From Akkermansiaceae bacterium (GTDB lineage Bacteria > Verrucomicrobiota > Verrucomicrobiia > Verrucomicrobiales > Akkermansiaceae): DNA of 64,000 nt. Position numbers and translations under genes: made by a program. The notes beneath the pieces are model-generated. The model searched no databases, had not been told where the DNA came from, and saw only the letters and a program-made list of their open reading frames with translations. This document shows positions 36,381-45,712 of this stretch, piece by piece; positions within the stretch are counted from its first letter, which is position 1; every line of letters begins with the position of its first letter. The stretch covers positions 15,499 through 79,498 of the forward strand of contig JANODE010000171.1 of assembly GCA_031412525.1 (NCBI GenBank). Reading direction: 5' to 3'.

Positions 36381-38371
36381 TCCCCAAGTTTTTCCGATGC
36401 GGTGACCCGAACGGCAAGTGCCCTTGCTTCGTCTCCAAGGATATTCTGCGTGAAGACCCCAGCTTTCAATGCCCGTGTGCCAATGAGACCTGCCAAGCAG
36501 ACCGGAAGGAAGTAGGTCTTCTCGATGGCTTAACCAACGGTCGCTCCAAACTCGTTTACGCCGGAGTTGCGGTGCTCGCGTTCGTGCTGTTCCTCGCCCT
36601 GATTCTTGGTGGTCGAGATCCAGTGGAAAAGGCGCTGGCAGAGCTCAGGACACGCCTTGCCCCATTGGAATCCGAACTCCAACAACTCGAATCCAAGAGC
36701 AAGGGAACCGGTTCGTCGGAGTCACTCGCGACTGATCCCAAACCTCTGCGAACCGCCGCTGCCGCGCTTGAGAAGCAGGCTAGTGACGCCATCGGATCGA
36801 AGGACCCGATGGAGGTGGCCGGCGTCCATAAGAGAATCACGACCCAGATGGCCACCGTAAGTAGCGTCCTTGAGTCGCTGGACCGCCCAAAGGGGGGCTC
36901 CGGGGTAATCGCGGCTGACGCGAAAAGCCTAGTGACGAAACTCGTTCAATTGGAGGATGACGCCGAGCTTCAGCTCGAACCGGTCACCACTAGCTCCCCC
37001 CAGTTGGCCGAAGTATGCGAAGATTTTCTCACCGAGGTGAGCGATTGTCAGGCACGTGCTCGCCGCCTCGCATCCCCCGCAGCACCGGTTGAACCAAGCC
37101 CTGAGAGCAAGGCGATCCGACAAAACCTCAGCCAGATTCTAACTTGGCTGGGAGCCACTCGCGAGAAACTCGACAAATTCGCACCCCCGCCACCCCTCCC
37201 TTTCCAGCCTGACGATGCTGATCTGGTGATCGCTGCATCCAGCAACCTTGCGGGTGATCTGGCAGCCCCGCTTGCTGCCGCCTGGTCGGCCAGCGAAGTC
37301 ATCCCCGCGGAGGACGGGAACTTCTACGTCACCAGCAACAAGGGCAAAAGAATCCTCGTGAAGCCAGTGACGGGGAGCACAGGATACAAGATGCTCGCTG
37401 AAGGCCAATGTTCGGTCTTCTTCGCCGACCGTTCCCCTTCAGCCACCGAACTCGCCAGCTTTAGCAGCGACTTCCGTGAAAGTCGCTCGGTCGCGGAGGT
37501 AGTGGCCTTGGATGCCCTGACGCTTTTAGTCCACCCAGACAACCCCGCCTCTACTGTCACAGTCGGTTCTGACATTCCTTTCCGTATCGCGGCGGGCCCC
37601 GAAAATTCGGCGATCCGGGAAAAGGCGATCCAGTTCGGCTTCCCCGTCACGGGTGCCGGCGAGGCTTCGGGTGAGGACGCAGCCCTCGCCGACCGCAATC
37701 TCCTGAGCCTCGGCCTCTACCACGAAGAGGGAGCTAACCTTCGTGCGAAACGTCTCGCCGTCCAGGCTACCGATGAAACCCTCGCACTCAAGCCAAGTCA
37801 CTTCACTATCGCAACCGAAGACTACCTTTATAGCTTCCGGATTGTCGCATGGACCGCCCCCAAGGCCGTCGACGAAGCTCTCCAGCTCGTGAAGTTCACG
37901 ACATCCACCGAAGGACAGGAGATAGTCGCCAAACAAGGCTTTGTCGATCTTCGACTGACCGGGAGCCAAGGGAATGTGCCTCCGGAAATTCTCGCCGCAT
38001 TGGGAGCCGCGATTGGCTCGGATACGATCAGCTCGGCCATCCGTTTCTCCACCAACTTCCGGTTCGAGGTCGGTAAGTCCCTCCTCGACCTGAAGGCGCA
38101 GGCAGACCTTGAGCGCTTGCCGCGGTTCGTCTTCGAGAAATACCCCACCCACAAGGTGGTGATTCTCGGCTTCACCGACAGCGATGGTGGGCCAGAAATC
38201 AATGTGCCGCTCTCCAAAGACCGGGCGGAGGCGGTCTCTACCGAACTCCGGCGCTCGAAGGTGGACGCACGCTCCGCAGGCCTCGGACCTATTTTCCCAG
38301 TCGACACCAACGCAACAGAAACGGGTAAGGCCAAAAACCGCCGGGCCGAAATATGGGCCGTCCGTCCATAA
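36377..38371 (+). CDS. Cys-rich N-terminus / TM / helical linker / PstS-like (PBP) domain / OmpA-like domain protein
   Basis: Six Cys in the first 39 aa; TM LVYAGVAVLAFVLFLALILGG; PBP-like VVALDALTLLVHPDNP and YLYSFRIVAW; OmpA-like FEVGKS..ILGFTDSDG....N..LS..RAEAV...NRRAEI. ATGA overlap with the tubulin gene. Confidence 0.85.
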   Translation: MIPKFFRCGDPNGKCPCFVSKDILREDPSFQCPCANETCQADRKEVGLLDGLTNGRSKLVYAGVAVLAFVLFLALILGGRDPVEKALAELRTRLAPLESELQQLESKSKGTGSSESLATDPKPLRTAAAALEKQASDAIGSKDPMEVAGVHKRITTQMATVSSVLESLDRPKGGSGVIAADAKSLVTKLVQLEDDAELQLEPVTTSSPQLAEVCEDFLTEVSDCQARARRLASPAAPVEPSPESKAIRQNLSQILTWLGATREKLDKFAPPPPLPFQPDDADLVIAASSNLAGDLAAPLAAAWSASEVIPAEDGNFYVTSNKGKRILVKPVTGSTGYKMLAEGQCSVFFADRSPSATELASFSSDFRESRSVAEVVALDALTLLVHPDNPASTVTVGSDIPFRIAAGPENSAIREKAIQFGFPVTGAGEASGEDAALADRNLLSLGLYHEEGANLRAKRLAVQATDETLALKPSHFTIATEDYLYSFRIVAWTAPKAVDEALQLVKFTTSTEGQEIVAKQGFVDLRLTGSQGNVPPEILAALGAAIGSDTISSAIRFSTNFRFEVGKSLLDLKAQADLERLPRFVFEKYPTHKVVILGFTDSDGGPEINVPLSKDRAEAVSTELRRSKVDARSAGLGPIFPVDTNATETGKAKNRRAEIWAVRP

Positions 38372-38386
38372 ATTTTCAGCTCTCTC

Positions 38387-40252
38387 ATGAACCCCATACT
38401 CGCCCAGATTGCAACGTCCGAATGGCCGGTTTTTTTTGCCGCATTCGCCGGCGCTGTTGGCTTATTAGGCTGCATTGCCGCTTTTGTCGCGCACGCTTCG
38501 ACATCCCGTGACCGCACCGCAATCAAGAAGGCGGAGACGATGCTGGCTTCCTCGGAGTCCTGGGAAGGGGCTCACACATACTCCGCACACGAGCTTTCGG
38601 AGTGGCTTAGAAAACGGACGATTGACCCAGAATCGGGTGTGGCAGATGTGATCCGTGTATGCTGGTCGGCTTGGTTAGGATCCCGTTCAACTTCACTTAC
38701 GGAGCTTCACGTGATTGTAGCTCGAAGGGAGCGTTCAAAGGCTCCCGCGCGGCTCAGTGCTGGTATCGCAGCTCTACTCTTAGTGATCGGGATTGTTGGG
38801 ACTCTTTTCTCCGTCAAACCCATCCTTAAAGACTTCCAGTTCCGAGCCAGTACTCCGCAAGGTGTAATGCCCGCCGCGGACGCCCCTTCATTGGTGAACG
38901 TTGAGGACAGCACTGCACTTGTGAACACGCTAATGCACAGTCTGGGCGACGCGTTCCTGCCAAGTCTCGTCGCCTTGGGTTTTACGATTCTTGTCGTTGC
39001 GCTTCGAGGAGTCTACTCTTTGGGTTTGCAGCGTTACACTCTCGAACTCGACCGCTTCGCCATGGGTACTGTAATGCCGCATTATCGGCCGCGCTCCATC
39101 TCTGATGAATACGAAGAGGTTCGCACCACCTTTGGATCTCTGGCGAAGACCATGGGAGATCGGGAGGATAAGTTCGATAAGGTCATCACTCAGCTCACCA
39201 AGTTCGTCGATAGCGTAGGACCCACTTTGGCAGGCTTGGACACCGGCATAGGCAAGATGACCACAGCTGCGGATGCGTTGGCGGCGAAATCCAACTCGAT
39301 TGCAGACACACTCTCCCGGACGCTCGGCAAAAAATCACCGCTCTACGCAGCGGTGAATGGTTTTGAAGGCATTTTCGCCACGACCAATGAACGGCTAGAT
39401 CAGCTCACTCAACACATAGGCGGGATCCGATCGGAGCAACAGGAGGACCGAAAGGCCATGCTTGAGACATTGGACGAGATCTCCGGTGTCATCAAACGGG
39501 TCTCGGGCGACCACCAACGTGATCGAGAAAATGTCTCAAAGAACATAGCCGACCTCAAAGCGGTTGTTGAGAAGGTCCCTGCCGACCTGATCGAATCCGC
39601 CCGGAAGACTTTCGACGACGGAATTGCCGCGATGCGAACGACGCTCAAAGAGTCCTTGGATAAGCAGACCAAGGAAGCCGAGTCAGTCCATCAGCATACC
39701 CGTTCAAAGACCCAAGAGACCTTGGACCTGATCTCGCAATCTCTCACCACGACTATCACCCTTATCAACGATTCGGTGAAGACGATTCCGGAGGCTGCTG
39801 ATCGGCTGCACGAATCGTTGAATCGCAAGTCTGAAACCGAAAAGGCCGCTGCTGACGCAATCGCTTCACTGGCACAAGAAGCCAAAGCTGGCATTCACGA
39901 TTCGATTAAAACGATTCCGGCGGCAGTTGATAGGTTGAACGAATCTCTGAATCGCAAGTCTGAGACCGAAAAAGCCGCTGCGGTAGCCATCGCTTCACTG
40001 GCCCAGGAAGCCAAAACCGGCATTCGCAGCTCTTATGAGGATGCAGACCGAAAGCAGACGGCACCATCAATTCCTGTTCCCACGATTATCCTTAACCGTA
40101 AGCCGGAACCACTCCATACAACCGTTGTCGATTCAATTCCAGATCGGGATGGAGAACCACCAAAGCCATCCACTCCACTGCCATCCGAACTGGACCACAA
40201 CGACCGAGGACGCGGATTCTTCGGCGGATTATTTGGAGGACGGAAATCCTGA
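38387..40252 (+). CDS. MotA/TolQ/ExbB-like (ZorA-like) membrane protein with long cytoplasmic helical tail
   Basis: Three TM helices; TM2 LLVIGIVGTLFSV and TM3 LGDAFLPSLVALGF match the MotA-family GxxGT and AFxxS patterns. A ~400-aa amphipathic helical tail follows. Confidence 0.8.
   Translation: MNPILAQIATSEWPVFFAAFAGAVGLLGCIAAFVAHASTSRDRTAIKKAETMLASSESWEGAHTYSAHELSEWLRKRTIDPESGVADVIRVCWSAWLGSRSTSLTELHVIVARRERSKAPARLSAGIAALLLVIGIVGTLFSVKPILKDFQFRASTPQGVMPAADAPSLVNVEDSTALVNTLMHSLGDAFLPSLVALGFTILVVALRGVYSLGLQRYTLELDRFAMGTVMPHYRPRSISDEYEEVRTTFGSLAKTMGDREDKFDKVITQLTKFVDSVGPTLAGLDTGIGKMTTAADALAAKSNSIADTLSRTLGKKSPLYAAVNGFEGIFATTNERLDQLTQHIGGIRSEQQEDRKAMLETLDEISGVIKRVSGDHQRDRENVSKNIADLKAVVEKVPADLIESARKTFDDGIAAMRTTLKESLDKQTKEAESVHQHTRSKTQETLDLISQSLTTTITLINDSVKTIPEAADRLHESLNRKSETEKAAADAIASLAQEAKAGIHDSIKTIPAAVDRLNESLNRKSETEKAAAVAIASLAQEAKTGIRSSYEDADRKQTAPSIPVPTIILNRKPEPLHTTVVDSIPDRDGEPPKPSTPLPSELDHNDRGRGFFGGLFGGRKS
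39771..40028 (+). repeat. Tandem 129-bp (43-aa) duplication inside the ZorA-like tail
   Basis: SVKTIPEAADRLHESLNRKSETEKAAADAIASLAQEAKAGIHD followed by SIKTIPAAVDRLNESLNRKSETEKAAAVAIASLAQEAKTGIRS; copies start at 39771 and 39900. Confidence 0.95.
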
Positions 40253-40258
40253 CGGGCT

Positions 40259-41326
40259 ATGTCTGATTCTGACGACGAAATCCCAACCCAGGGCTATTGG
40301 CCGAGCGTCACTGACCTCTTCCTCACTCTATTCATCATTGCAATCGCGATCGTCGCGGTGGTGTTCTGCGCCCTTCTCCCGACAAACAATGTAGGAAAAG
40401 ATCGTGCCTTGATCCACGCGGTGGGCAATGACCTCCGCCACGTCCGAGAACCGATGAACCGGCTCCGTGAGACTTTGGGGCTCACGCAAGTCGACGCGGC
40501 AGTCCAACCATCCGAGGTGATTACCGCGTTATCAGAGACGTGCGACACGGCTGTGAAGCAGATCGACGATCTACGCTCCCAGATCAAGGAACTTCAGAAT
40601 CGGCTGTCCCGACTAATGGGTTCCAAGGACATGCAGGCGGAAATGGAGCGCTTACTAAAAGAGAACGAGGAACTCAAGCGCCAGCTACAGGAACTCCAAC
40701 AGCAACTAACTAAATTGGTTACAACCTTGGGAGCCGATCCTGAGGCGATTAAGAAAATCATGCGCGAAAATGAGGATCTTCGCCGGCAGTTACACGACAA
40801 GCCTCCAAACATTCAAATCGTCGATAAGGAAGGGTATCGCTTCGAATCTGGCAGCAGCGCAATGGGTTCAGACTTCATTTCGGCCCTGCGGAGGAATGAG
40901 TTCCCCCTCCTCGCCAGCGAGATCGTCGACCGAGAAGCGGAAGGCAGGGTAAAAGTGGATACCCTAGAAATAATTGGCCATACCGATGGCGCACCGCTCT
41001 CTAGCGTCGGCAATCTCGACAAGAGATTACCGGATGTTCTCGCCGGCAGATCCAAGATTTCGACCCTGACCCCAGGTTCAAACAATGACCTTGGCCTCCT
41101 CCGGGCACTGGCCGTTCGCGAGCAATGGGAGGGCTTCATCACTGACCACGAGCAACGCGACATCCTCCGCAAGATTCACCTCCGTTGCTACTCTGCAGGA
41201 CAGACGATCCTACCCTTCACGAAGGACGATGCGGTAGCAGATGACTTCCGACAGCCCGACCCTCGCGCACGGCGGATCGAGATGCGACTCACCCGCCTTG
41301 TCACACTCACAAACGAAGACGAGTAA
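40259..41326 (+). CDS. MotB/ZorB-like protein: TM with conserved Asp, coiled-coil stalk, OmpA-like domain
   Basis: YWPSVTD19LFLTLFII (MotB/ZorB W..S..D pattern); heptad stalk; EIIGHTDG...LGLLRALAVR...YSAG...ARRIEMRL. Starts 6 nt after the ZorA-like stop. Confidence 0.82.
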   Translation: MSDSDDEIPTQGYWPSVTDLFLTLFIIAIAIVAVVFCALLPTNNVGKDRALIHAVGNDLRHVREPMNRLRETLGLTQVDAAVQPSEVITALSETCDTAVKQIDDLRSQIKELQNRLSRLMGSKDMQAEMERLLKENEELKRQLQELQQQLTKLVTTLGADPEAIKKIMRENEDLRRQLHDKPPNIQIVDKEGYRFESGSSAMGSDFISALRRNEFPLLASEIVDREAEGRVKVDTLEIIGHTDGAPLSSVGNLDKRLPDVLAGRSKISTLTPGSNNDLGLLRALAVREQWEGFITDHEQRDILRKIHLRCYSAGQTILPFTKDDAVADDFRQPDPRARRIEMRLTRLVTLTNEDE

Positions 41327-41359
41327 GTAATCAATGTGGAGACGGGTAACGAGCTCAAC

Positions 41360-42019
41360 TCAAGGAATCCGGTAAAACGGATTTGGCAGTTTGAAGGTGC
41401 GATCGGCGTATCCGCCGTCGAGGTCCGACTGCTGATCGCCGATGTTGGCGATGATGGTGTAGCCCTGATCGGTGATTTTTTTGCGCTCGGCGATCTTGAA
41501 CGGCCCGACGGGCATCTTTGAATCGTCCGAGCGAACCAGCAGCGCTTCGAAATCGCCCATGCCCTGGGTCCGCAGATTGCGCGCGGTGGCTTCCTTTTCG
41601 CTTTGGCGGCGGCCGGTGATGAAAAACACGGTCACGTTGTTGGCGCGTGCGGTTTGATAGACTTCTCGCAACGGTAAAATGGCGGGGGCCTTGCTGGTCT
41701 TCACCCACTTGCTCCATTCTTCCGGCTGGTAGCCCCAATCGAACTGCTGCATGTGCTCGAGATTCGACAGCGTGGTTTCATCGATGTCGAAAACGATGGC
41801 GGGTTTGGCGAGCCCGCTGCGAGCGCGGGTGGCGACCCATGCGTTGGCGGAAGTAGCGACTGCTGCAAGGTCCTCGTCGTATCGTTTGGTGGTGACGTAG
41901 TCCTTCACCTCGGACTTCACCGTCGAGAGGTTTTGCGGCTCGCGCGACACTGGAGAGGCACAACTTCCAAGCACTATTGCTAGAACGATGGGGAGCGGAA
42001 GGTAGGTGAAAAATTTCAT
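41360..42019 (-). CDS. HAD-superfamily IIIB acid phosphatase, lipoprotein
   Basis: Lipobox VLGSC; IVFDIDET.LSN; FFITGR; IANIGDQQSDL; FKLPNPFY. Confidence 0.92.
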   Translation of the reverse strand: MKFFTYLPLPIVLAIVLGSCASPVSREPQNLSTVKSEVKDYVTTKRYDEDLAAVATSANAWVATRARSGLAKPAIVFDIDETTLSNLEHMQQFDWGYQPEEWSKWVKTSKAPAILPLREVYQTARANNVTVFFITGRRQSEKEATARNLRTQGMGDFEALLVRSDDSKMPVGPFKIAERKKITDQGYTIIANIGDQQSDLDGGYADRTFKLPNPFYRIP

Positions 42020-42075
42020 GAACCGAGATGAGCAGATGTCAGGCCGTGAGGAGGGGTTTCGGAAAATCAGAAGGA

Positions 42076-43083
42076 TCAGCGTTTGATGATTACCACTTCG
42101 GCGTCGGCTTCCTTGCGAAGCGATGCCTGCAATCCGGCGACGGCATCGCGGCGTTTGGTGGCGGAGAGGGCGGCGACGATTTCGGGTTTCGCCTGTTCGA
42201 AGGTGGCCGGAGTGGCGGCCTTGCGGGCGGTCACCTCCGCGAGGTGCCAGCCGAGGCGGCTGCGGATGAGGGTGGGTTTGTTAGGTTCGAGCGAAAAAAG
42301 AGGCGCGGCGAAATCGACCGGCAGGCGATCGTAACTCATCCAGCCAAGCTCACCGCCGCGTTCCTTGGTGGCGGGATCCTCACTGAGTTCTCGGGCGAGG
42401 GTGGGGAAATCCTTTTTCTTGTCGGTTAGTTCGGCGAGTGCTTCATCGAGCTTCTGCTTCGCCTCTTCCGGCGGATGATCGAGAGTGGGGATGAAAATAT
42501 GGCGAGCTTCGACGCGGAGGGGATTGGCGAGGTCCTTGCTGTTTTTTTCAAACCAGTCGCGGGCTTCATCGTCGGTCACAGCGATCTGCGATGCGATGCG
42601 GGACTCGATGAATTTTTCCTGTTGGATGCGGGCTGACATCCGGTTTTTCAATTCCTTTTCATCTCGGATCCCTTGCGATTTCATGGCGTTCTCCAAGGCT
42701 CCTTTTGTCTCGAACCTTCCTAACAGTCTGCGCAGGCGTTCGTTGATTTCCTCATTGCTAACAGACGGTGGCGTTTCCTCCGCCTTGATCTTCGCACGGA
42801 GAACTTCGTGGAGGATGAGTTCGTCGAGAGCCGCTTTTTCGTGGGCGGGGGTGAGGTCTTCGAGGGTTTTCCCTTCGAGCCACAGCGTTTCCCTAACAGA
42901 CCGATCGAGCTGACTGCGGGTGATCGGTTTCTCGAACACCCTGGCGACGAGGTCTGGCGGTGGCGGAGTGAGGCGTGAGATGAGCCGCCGGGAGAGCGGA
43001 AAATCGGAAGTGGCCTCGGAGAGGGCGAGGAGCGCGAAGGCTGCTAGAGCAATCAGGCCGAGGGCTTTTGCGGGCTTGCTCAT
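42076..43083 (-). CDS. Parvulin/PpiC-type peptidyl-prolyl isomerase (SurA/PrsA-like)
   Basis: VEARHIFI, FPTLARELSEDP.TKERGGELGW, F.LEP....LIRSRLGWHL; SurA-like N-terminal domain. Confidence 0.9.
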   Translation of the reverse strand: MSKPAKALGLIALAAFALLALSEATSDFPLSRRLISRLTPPPPDLVARVFEKPITRSQLDRSVRETLWLEGKTLEDLTPAHEKAALDELILHEVLRAKIKAEETPPSVSNEEINERLRRLLGRFETKGALENAMKSQGIRDEKELKNRMSARIQQEKFIESRIASQIAVTDDEARDWFEKNSKDLANPLRVEARHIFIPTLDHPPEEAKQKLDEALAELTDKKKDFPTLARELSEDPATKERGGELGWMSYDRLPVDFAAPLFSLEPNKPTLIRSRLGWHLAEVTARKAATPATFEQAKPEIVAALSATKRRDAVAGLQASLRKEADAEVVIIKR

Positions 43084-43116
43084 CGGAGGAAAAGCGGCGA
43101 CCGGTGATCGCTGCGA

Positions 43117-44328
43117 CTAGCGGATTTCCACGGTGGTGCCGGGGCGGATGAGGGTGGGCAGGCGGACGGCATCCCAGTTTGCGAGGCGGATGCAGCCTGC
43201 GCTACGGGCGCGGCCGATGGTTTCAGGATCGGAAGTGCCGTGAAGGCCGATGCCGGGCTTGCTGAGGCCACACCAGAAGACGCCGACGGGGCTGTTAGGT
43301 CCGGGTGGAATGTTCAGCGCTTGGGAGTCGCTGCTGCGTTTTCCGCTTTCGAGGAGTTGCTGGTCGTAGCGCCAGTGGGGGAGTTCGACGGAGTTTCTCA
43401 CTTCCCACGTGCCGAACTTGATGAACTTCGGCTTTCCAGGAGTGATCGGAAACGATGCGATTAGACCGCGGTTGGCGCGGGTGGTGGTGGCGACAGTGGT
43501 GCTGCCGGGCTCGACAACAACCAGGGCGGCCGGGGCGGCTTCGAAGATGCGGACCTGATTGATTTTCGTGTCCACCACAGCGTGGCGCTGGCTCAAGGCT
43601 TCGTCAGCCTTGTAGGCGGCGCCGGTGAGTCGCTCGATGGTGAAGGGCTGGACGTTTGGCACGATGAGTGAATCGTGCGGCTTGAGGTTGTAGATTTTCG
43701 AGCTGCCGTTCAGGACTGTTAGATATTCAAGATCGCAATGATATCGCTCGGACATGAACTCGGCATAACTGCGATAGGTCATGCGCTTGCGTTTCGCCTG
43801 CAGCGATTTTTTCGTCGGCAGGGTGCCGTCCACCCACGCCTTTGCGATGTCTGGCACGATGGCCATGGCTAACGGATTTTTCACCGCCTGGCGTGCGGCG
43901 GTGTTGACGGCGATCCAGTCGGCAGACGGGTGGCCGTTGACTTCATTCCACGATTGCACGGCGAGTTCGGTGAATTGGCCGGGTTTTCCATCAATAACAC
44001 CGGGTCCGAATTTCGCCTCATCGAGGAAAACCTGTAGACGCACGGCATCGTCACCGATGGGTTTCACGTCGAGCGGTGATGGCGTGGAAACGGTTTCGAT
44101 CGGAGTGGCCTGAATGATGGGGGGCGGGGCTGGAGCGGCCGGAGCCACCGGTTTTTCCGGAACAACGGCTTCCCCGCCTTCCAGCGGTTTCGAATTCAAG
44201 TCGTCATCGCCGCCGAGTGGCAGGGCGCGGAGGACCGGGCGGGTGGGCGGCGCAAGCGGCGTCGCTTCCTGTTGCGCAGTGGCAAAAGCAGTTAGAGCGA
44301 GGGCGAACAATGAAACGTGGCGGAACAT
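43117..44328 (-). CDS. L,D-transpeptidase (YkuD) with peptidoglycan-binding region
   Basis: Signal peptide; LQVFLD..KFGPGVIDG; ASFPITPG; PPGPNSPVG; IGLHGT; SAGCIRLANWD. Start at the ATG at 44328. Confidence 0.9.
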   Translation of the reverse strand: MFRHVSLFALALTAFATAQQEATPLAPPTRPVLRALPLGGDDDLNSKPLEGGEAVVPEKPVAPAAPAPPPIIQATPIETVSTPSPLDVKPIGDDAVRLQVFLDEAKFGPGVIDGKPGQFTELAVQSWNEVNGHPSADWIAVNTAARQAVKNPLAMAIVPDIAKAWVDGTLPTKKSLQAKRKRMTYRSYAEFMSERYHCDLEYLTVLNGSSKIYNLKPHDSLIVPNVQPFTIERLTGAAYKADEALSQRHAVVDTKINQVRIFEAAPAALVVVEPGSTTVATTTRANRGLIASFPITPGKPKFIKFGTWEVRNSVELPHWRYDQQLLESGKRSSDSQALNIPPGPNSPVGVFWCGLSKPGIGLHGTSDPETIGRARSAGCIRLANWDAVRLPTLIRPGTTVEIR

Positions 44329-44347
44329 GGGATGGGATCGGGTGAAT

Positions 44348-45649
44348 TTAAGCGGGGACGGCGGCAAAGGATTCGAGTTTCCCGGCAATGGCTGCGGGAA
44401 CAACGGCGCTGACGAGGATATCATCGCCGTCGTAGTCCGTCGAGAGGACCTTCGCCTCGCGGTGAAGCAAACTGACGAGATCGGCACGGTTTTGCGGAAT
44501 GCGGTAGTCCTGACGGCGCACCCGGTCGGCAAGGACCTGGCTGCAAAGTCGAAGCAATTCTTCCAGGCCGAGTCCGGTGAAAGCGGAAACGTGCAGAGCG
44601 TCCGGGAATTTCCGGTCGAGCGCGGCGAGCTCTTCAGGATCGGTGACGCGGTCGATCTTGTTGAGGACGGTGATGGTCGGTTTGTCCGCGGCGCCGAGTT
44701 CTGCCAGAACTTCGAGAGTCGTGTCATGCAGGCGTCCGACTTCGGGCGAAGTGGCGTCCACGACATGAACGAGGAAATCCGCTAGAGTGGCTTCTTCGAG
44801 AGTGGCCTTGAACGCCTCCACCAGACGGTGCGGCAGATTTCTAACGAATCCAACGGTGTCCGTGATGAGCAGAGGCTGGCCATCGGGAAGTTCGATGCGG
44901 CGGGTGGTTGTGTCGAGCGTGGCGAAGAGCATGTCCTTTGCCATCACGTCCGCACCGCTGAGTTTGTTGAGCAGGGTGGATTTTCCGGCGTTCGTGTAGC
45001 CGACGATTGCTGCGTGCGGTGTTTCGAATTTCTCGCGCTCCTTGCGCTGGGTCTTGCGCTGCTTGCGGACGACTTCAATCTCGCGCTTGGCGCGGTCGAT
45101 GATCTGATAGGCAAGACGGCGGTCCACCTCGATTTGTTTTTCACCCATGCCGCGGGATGCGCCGCCACCGGCACCGCCGCCGGAGCCGGCGGATTCGCGG
45201 TCAAGGTGTCCCCACATGCGGGCGAGGCGGGGCAGGGCGTATTGCATCCGCGCGAGTTCCACTTGGAGGCGGGCTTCGCGGGTCTGGGCGCGCTTGGCGA
45301 AAATATCGAGAATGACTTCCTCACGGTCGATCACGCAGAGGTCGGCGAGGCGTTCCCACTCGCGCTGTTGGGAAGGAGCGAGACCGTTGTCGATCACGAT
45401 GACGTCGCACTCATGGGCACGGGCGAGTTCGACCATTTCCGCGGCTTTTCCGGTGCCGCAGAGGAATTTTTTGTGCATCTCGCGGCTGCGGCAGAGCACT
45501 GACTCGATGACCTCAACGCCGAGCGTTTTCACGAGTTCACCGAGCTCTTCTAACAAAGACTCCGATTCTTCGGCCTCGCGTGCATCAAAGTAAAAACGCA
45601 CCAGCAAGGCGCGCTCGACCATATCGGGCTTTTGTCTGACTTCGAACAT
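44348..45649 (-). CDS. hflX: Ribosome-splitting GTPase HflX
   Basis: GTGKAAE, VIDREEVILDIFAKRAQTREARLQVELA, GEKQIEVDRR, VGYTNAGKST, LFATLD, DTVGF and NKID. Confidence 0.96.
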   Translation of the reverse strand: MFEVRQKPDMVERALLVRFYFDAREAEESESLLEELGELVKTLGVEVIESVLCRSREMHKKFLCGTGKAAEMVELARAHECDVIVIDNGLAPSQQREWERLADLCVIDREEVILDIFAKRAQTREARLQVELARMQYALPRLARMWGHLDRESAGSGGGAGGGASRGMGEKQIEVDRRLAYQIIDRAKREIEVVRKQRKTQRKEREKFETPHAAIVGYTNAGKSTLLNKLSGADVMAKDMLFATLDTTTRRIELPDGQPLLITDTVGFVRNLPHRLVEAFKATLEEATLADFLVHVVDATSPEVGRLHDTTLEVLAELGAADKPTITVLNKIDRVTDPEELAALDRKFPDALHVSAFTGLGLEELLRLCSQVLADRVRRQDYRIPQNRADLVSLLHREAKVLSTDYDGDDILVSAVVPAAIAGKLESFAAVPA

Positions 45650-45712
45650 CCGCGCGGGATGTAACATCGATGCCGAGCTCCGGCCATGCGAATTTTCCCG
45701 AAGCGCTCGGCT

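Noticed and set aside
38387-41326. Ordinary flagellar MotAB or ExbBD/TolQR
   Set aside because: The A subunit has a ~400-aa C-terminal tail and 3 TMs, and there are no flagellar, tonB or tol genes nearby. This fits a ZorA-like layout better, though that is not proven.
32582-41326. Canonical Zorya type I or II
   Set aside because: No SF2 helicase motifs (ZorD), HNH motif (ZorE) or EH-signature (ZorC) are visible in or beside the operon.
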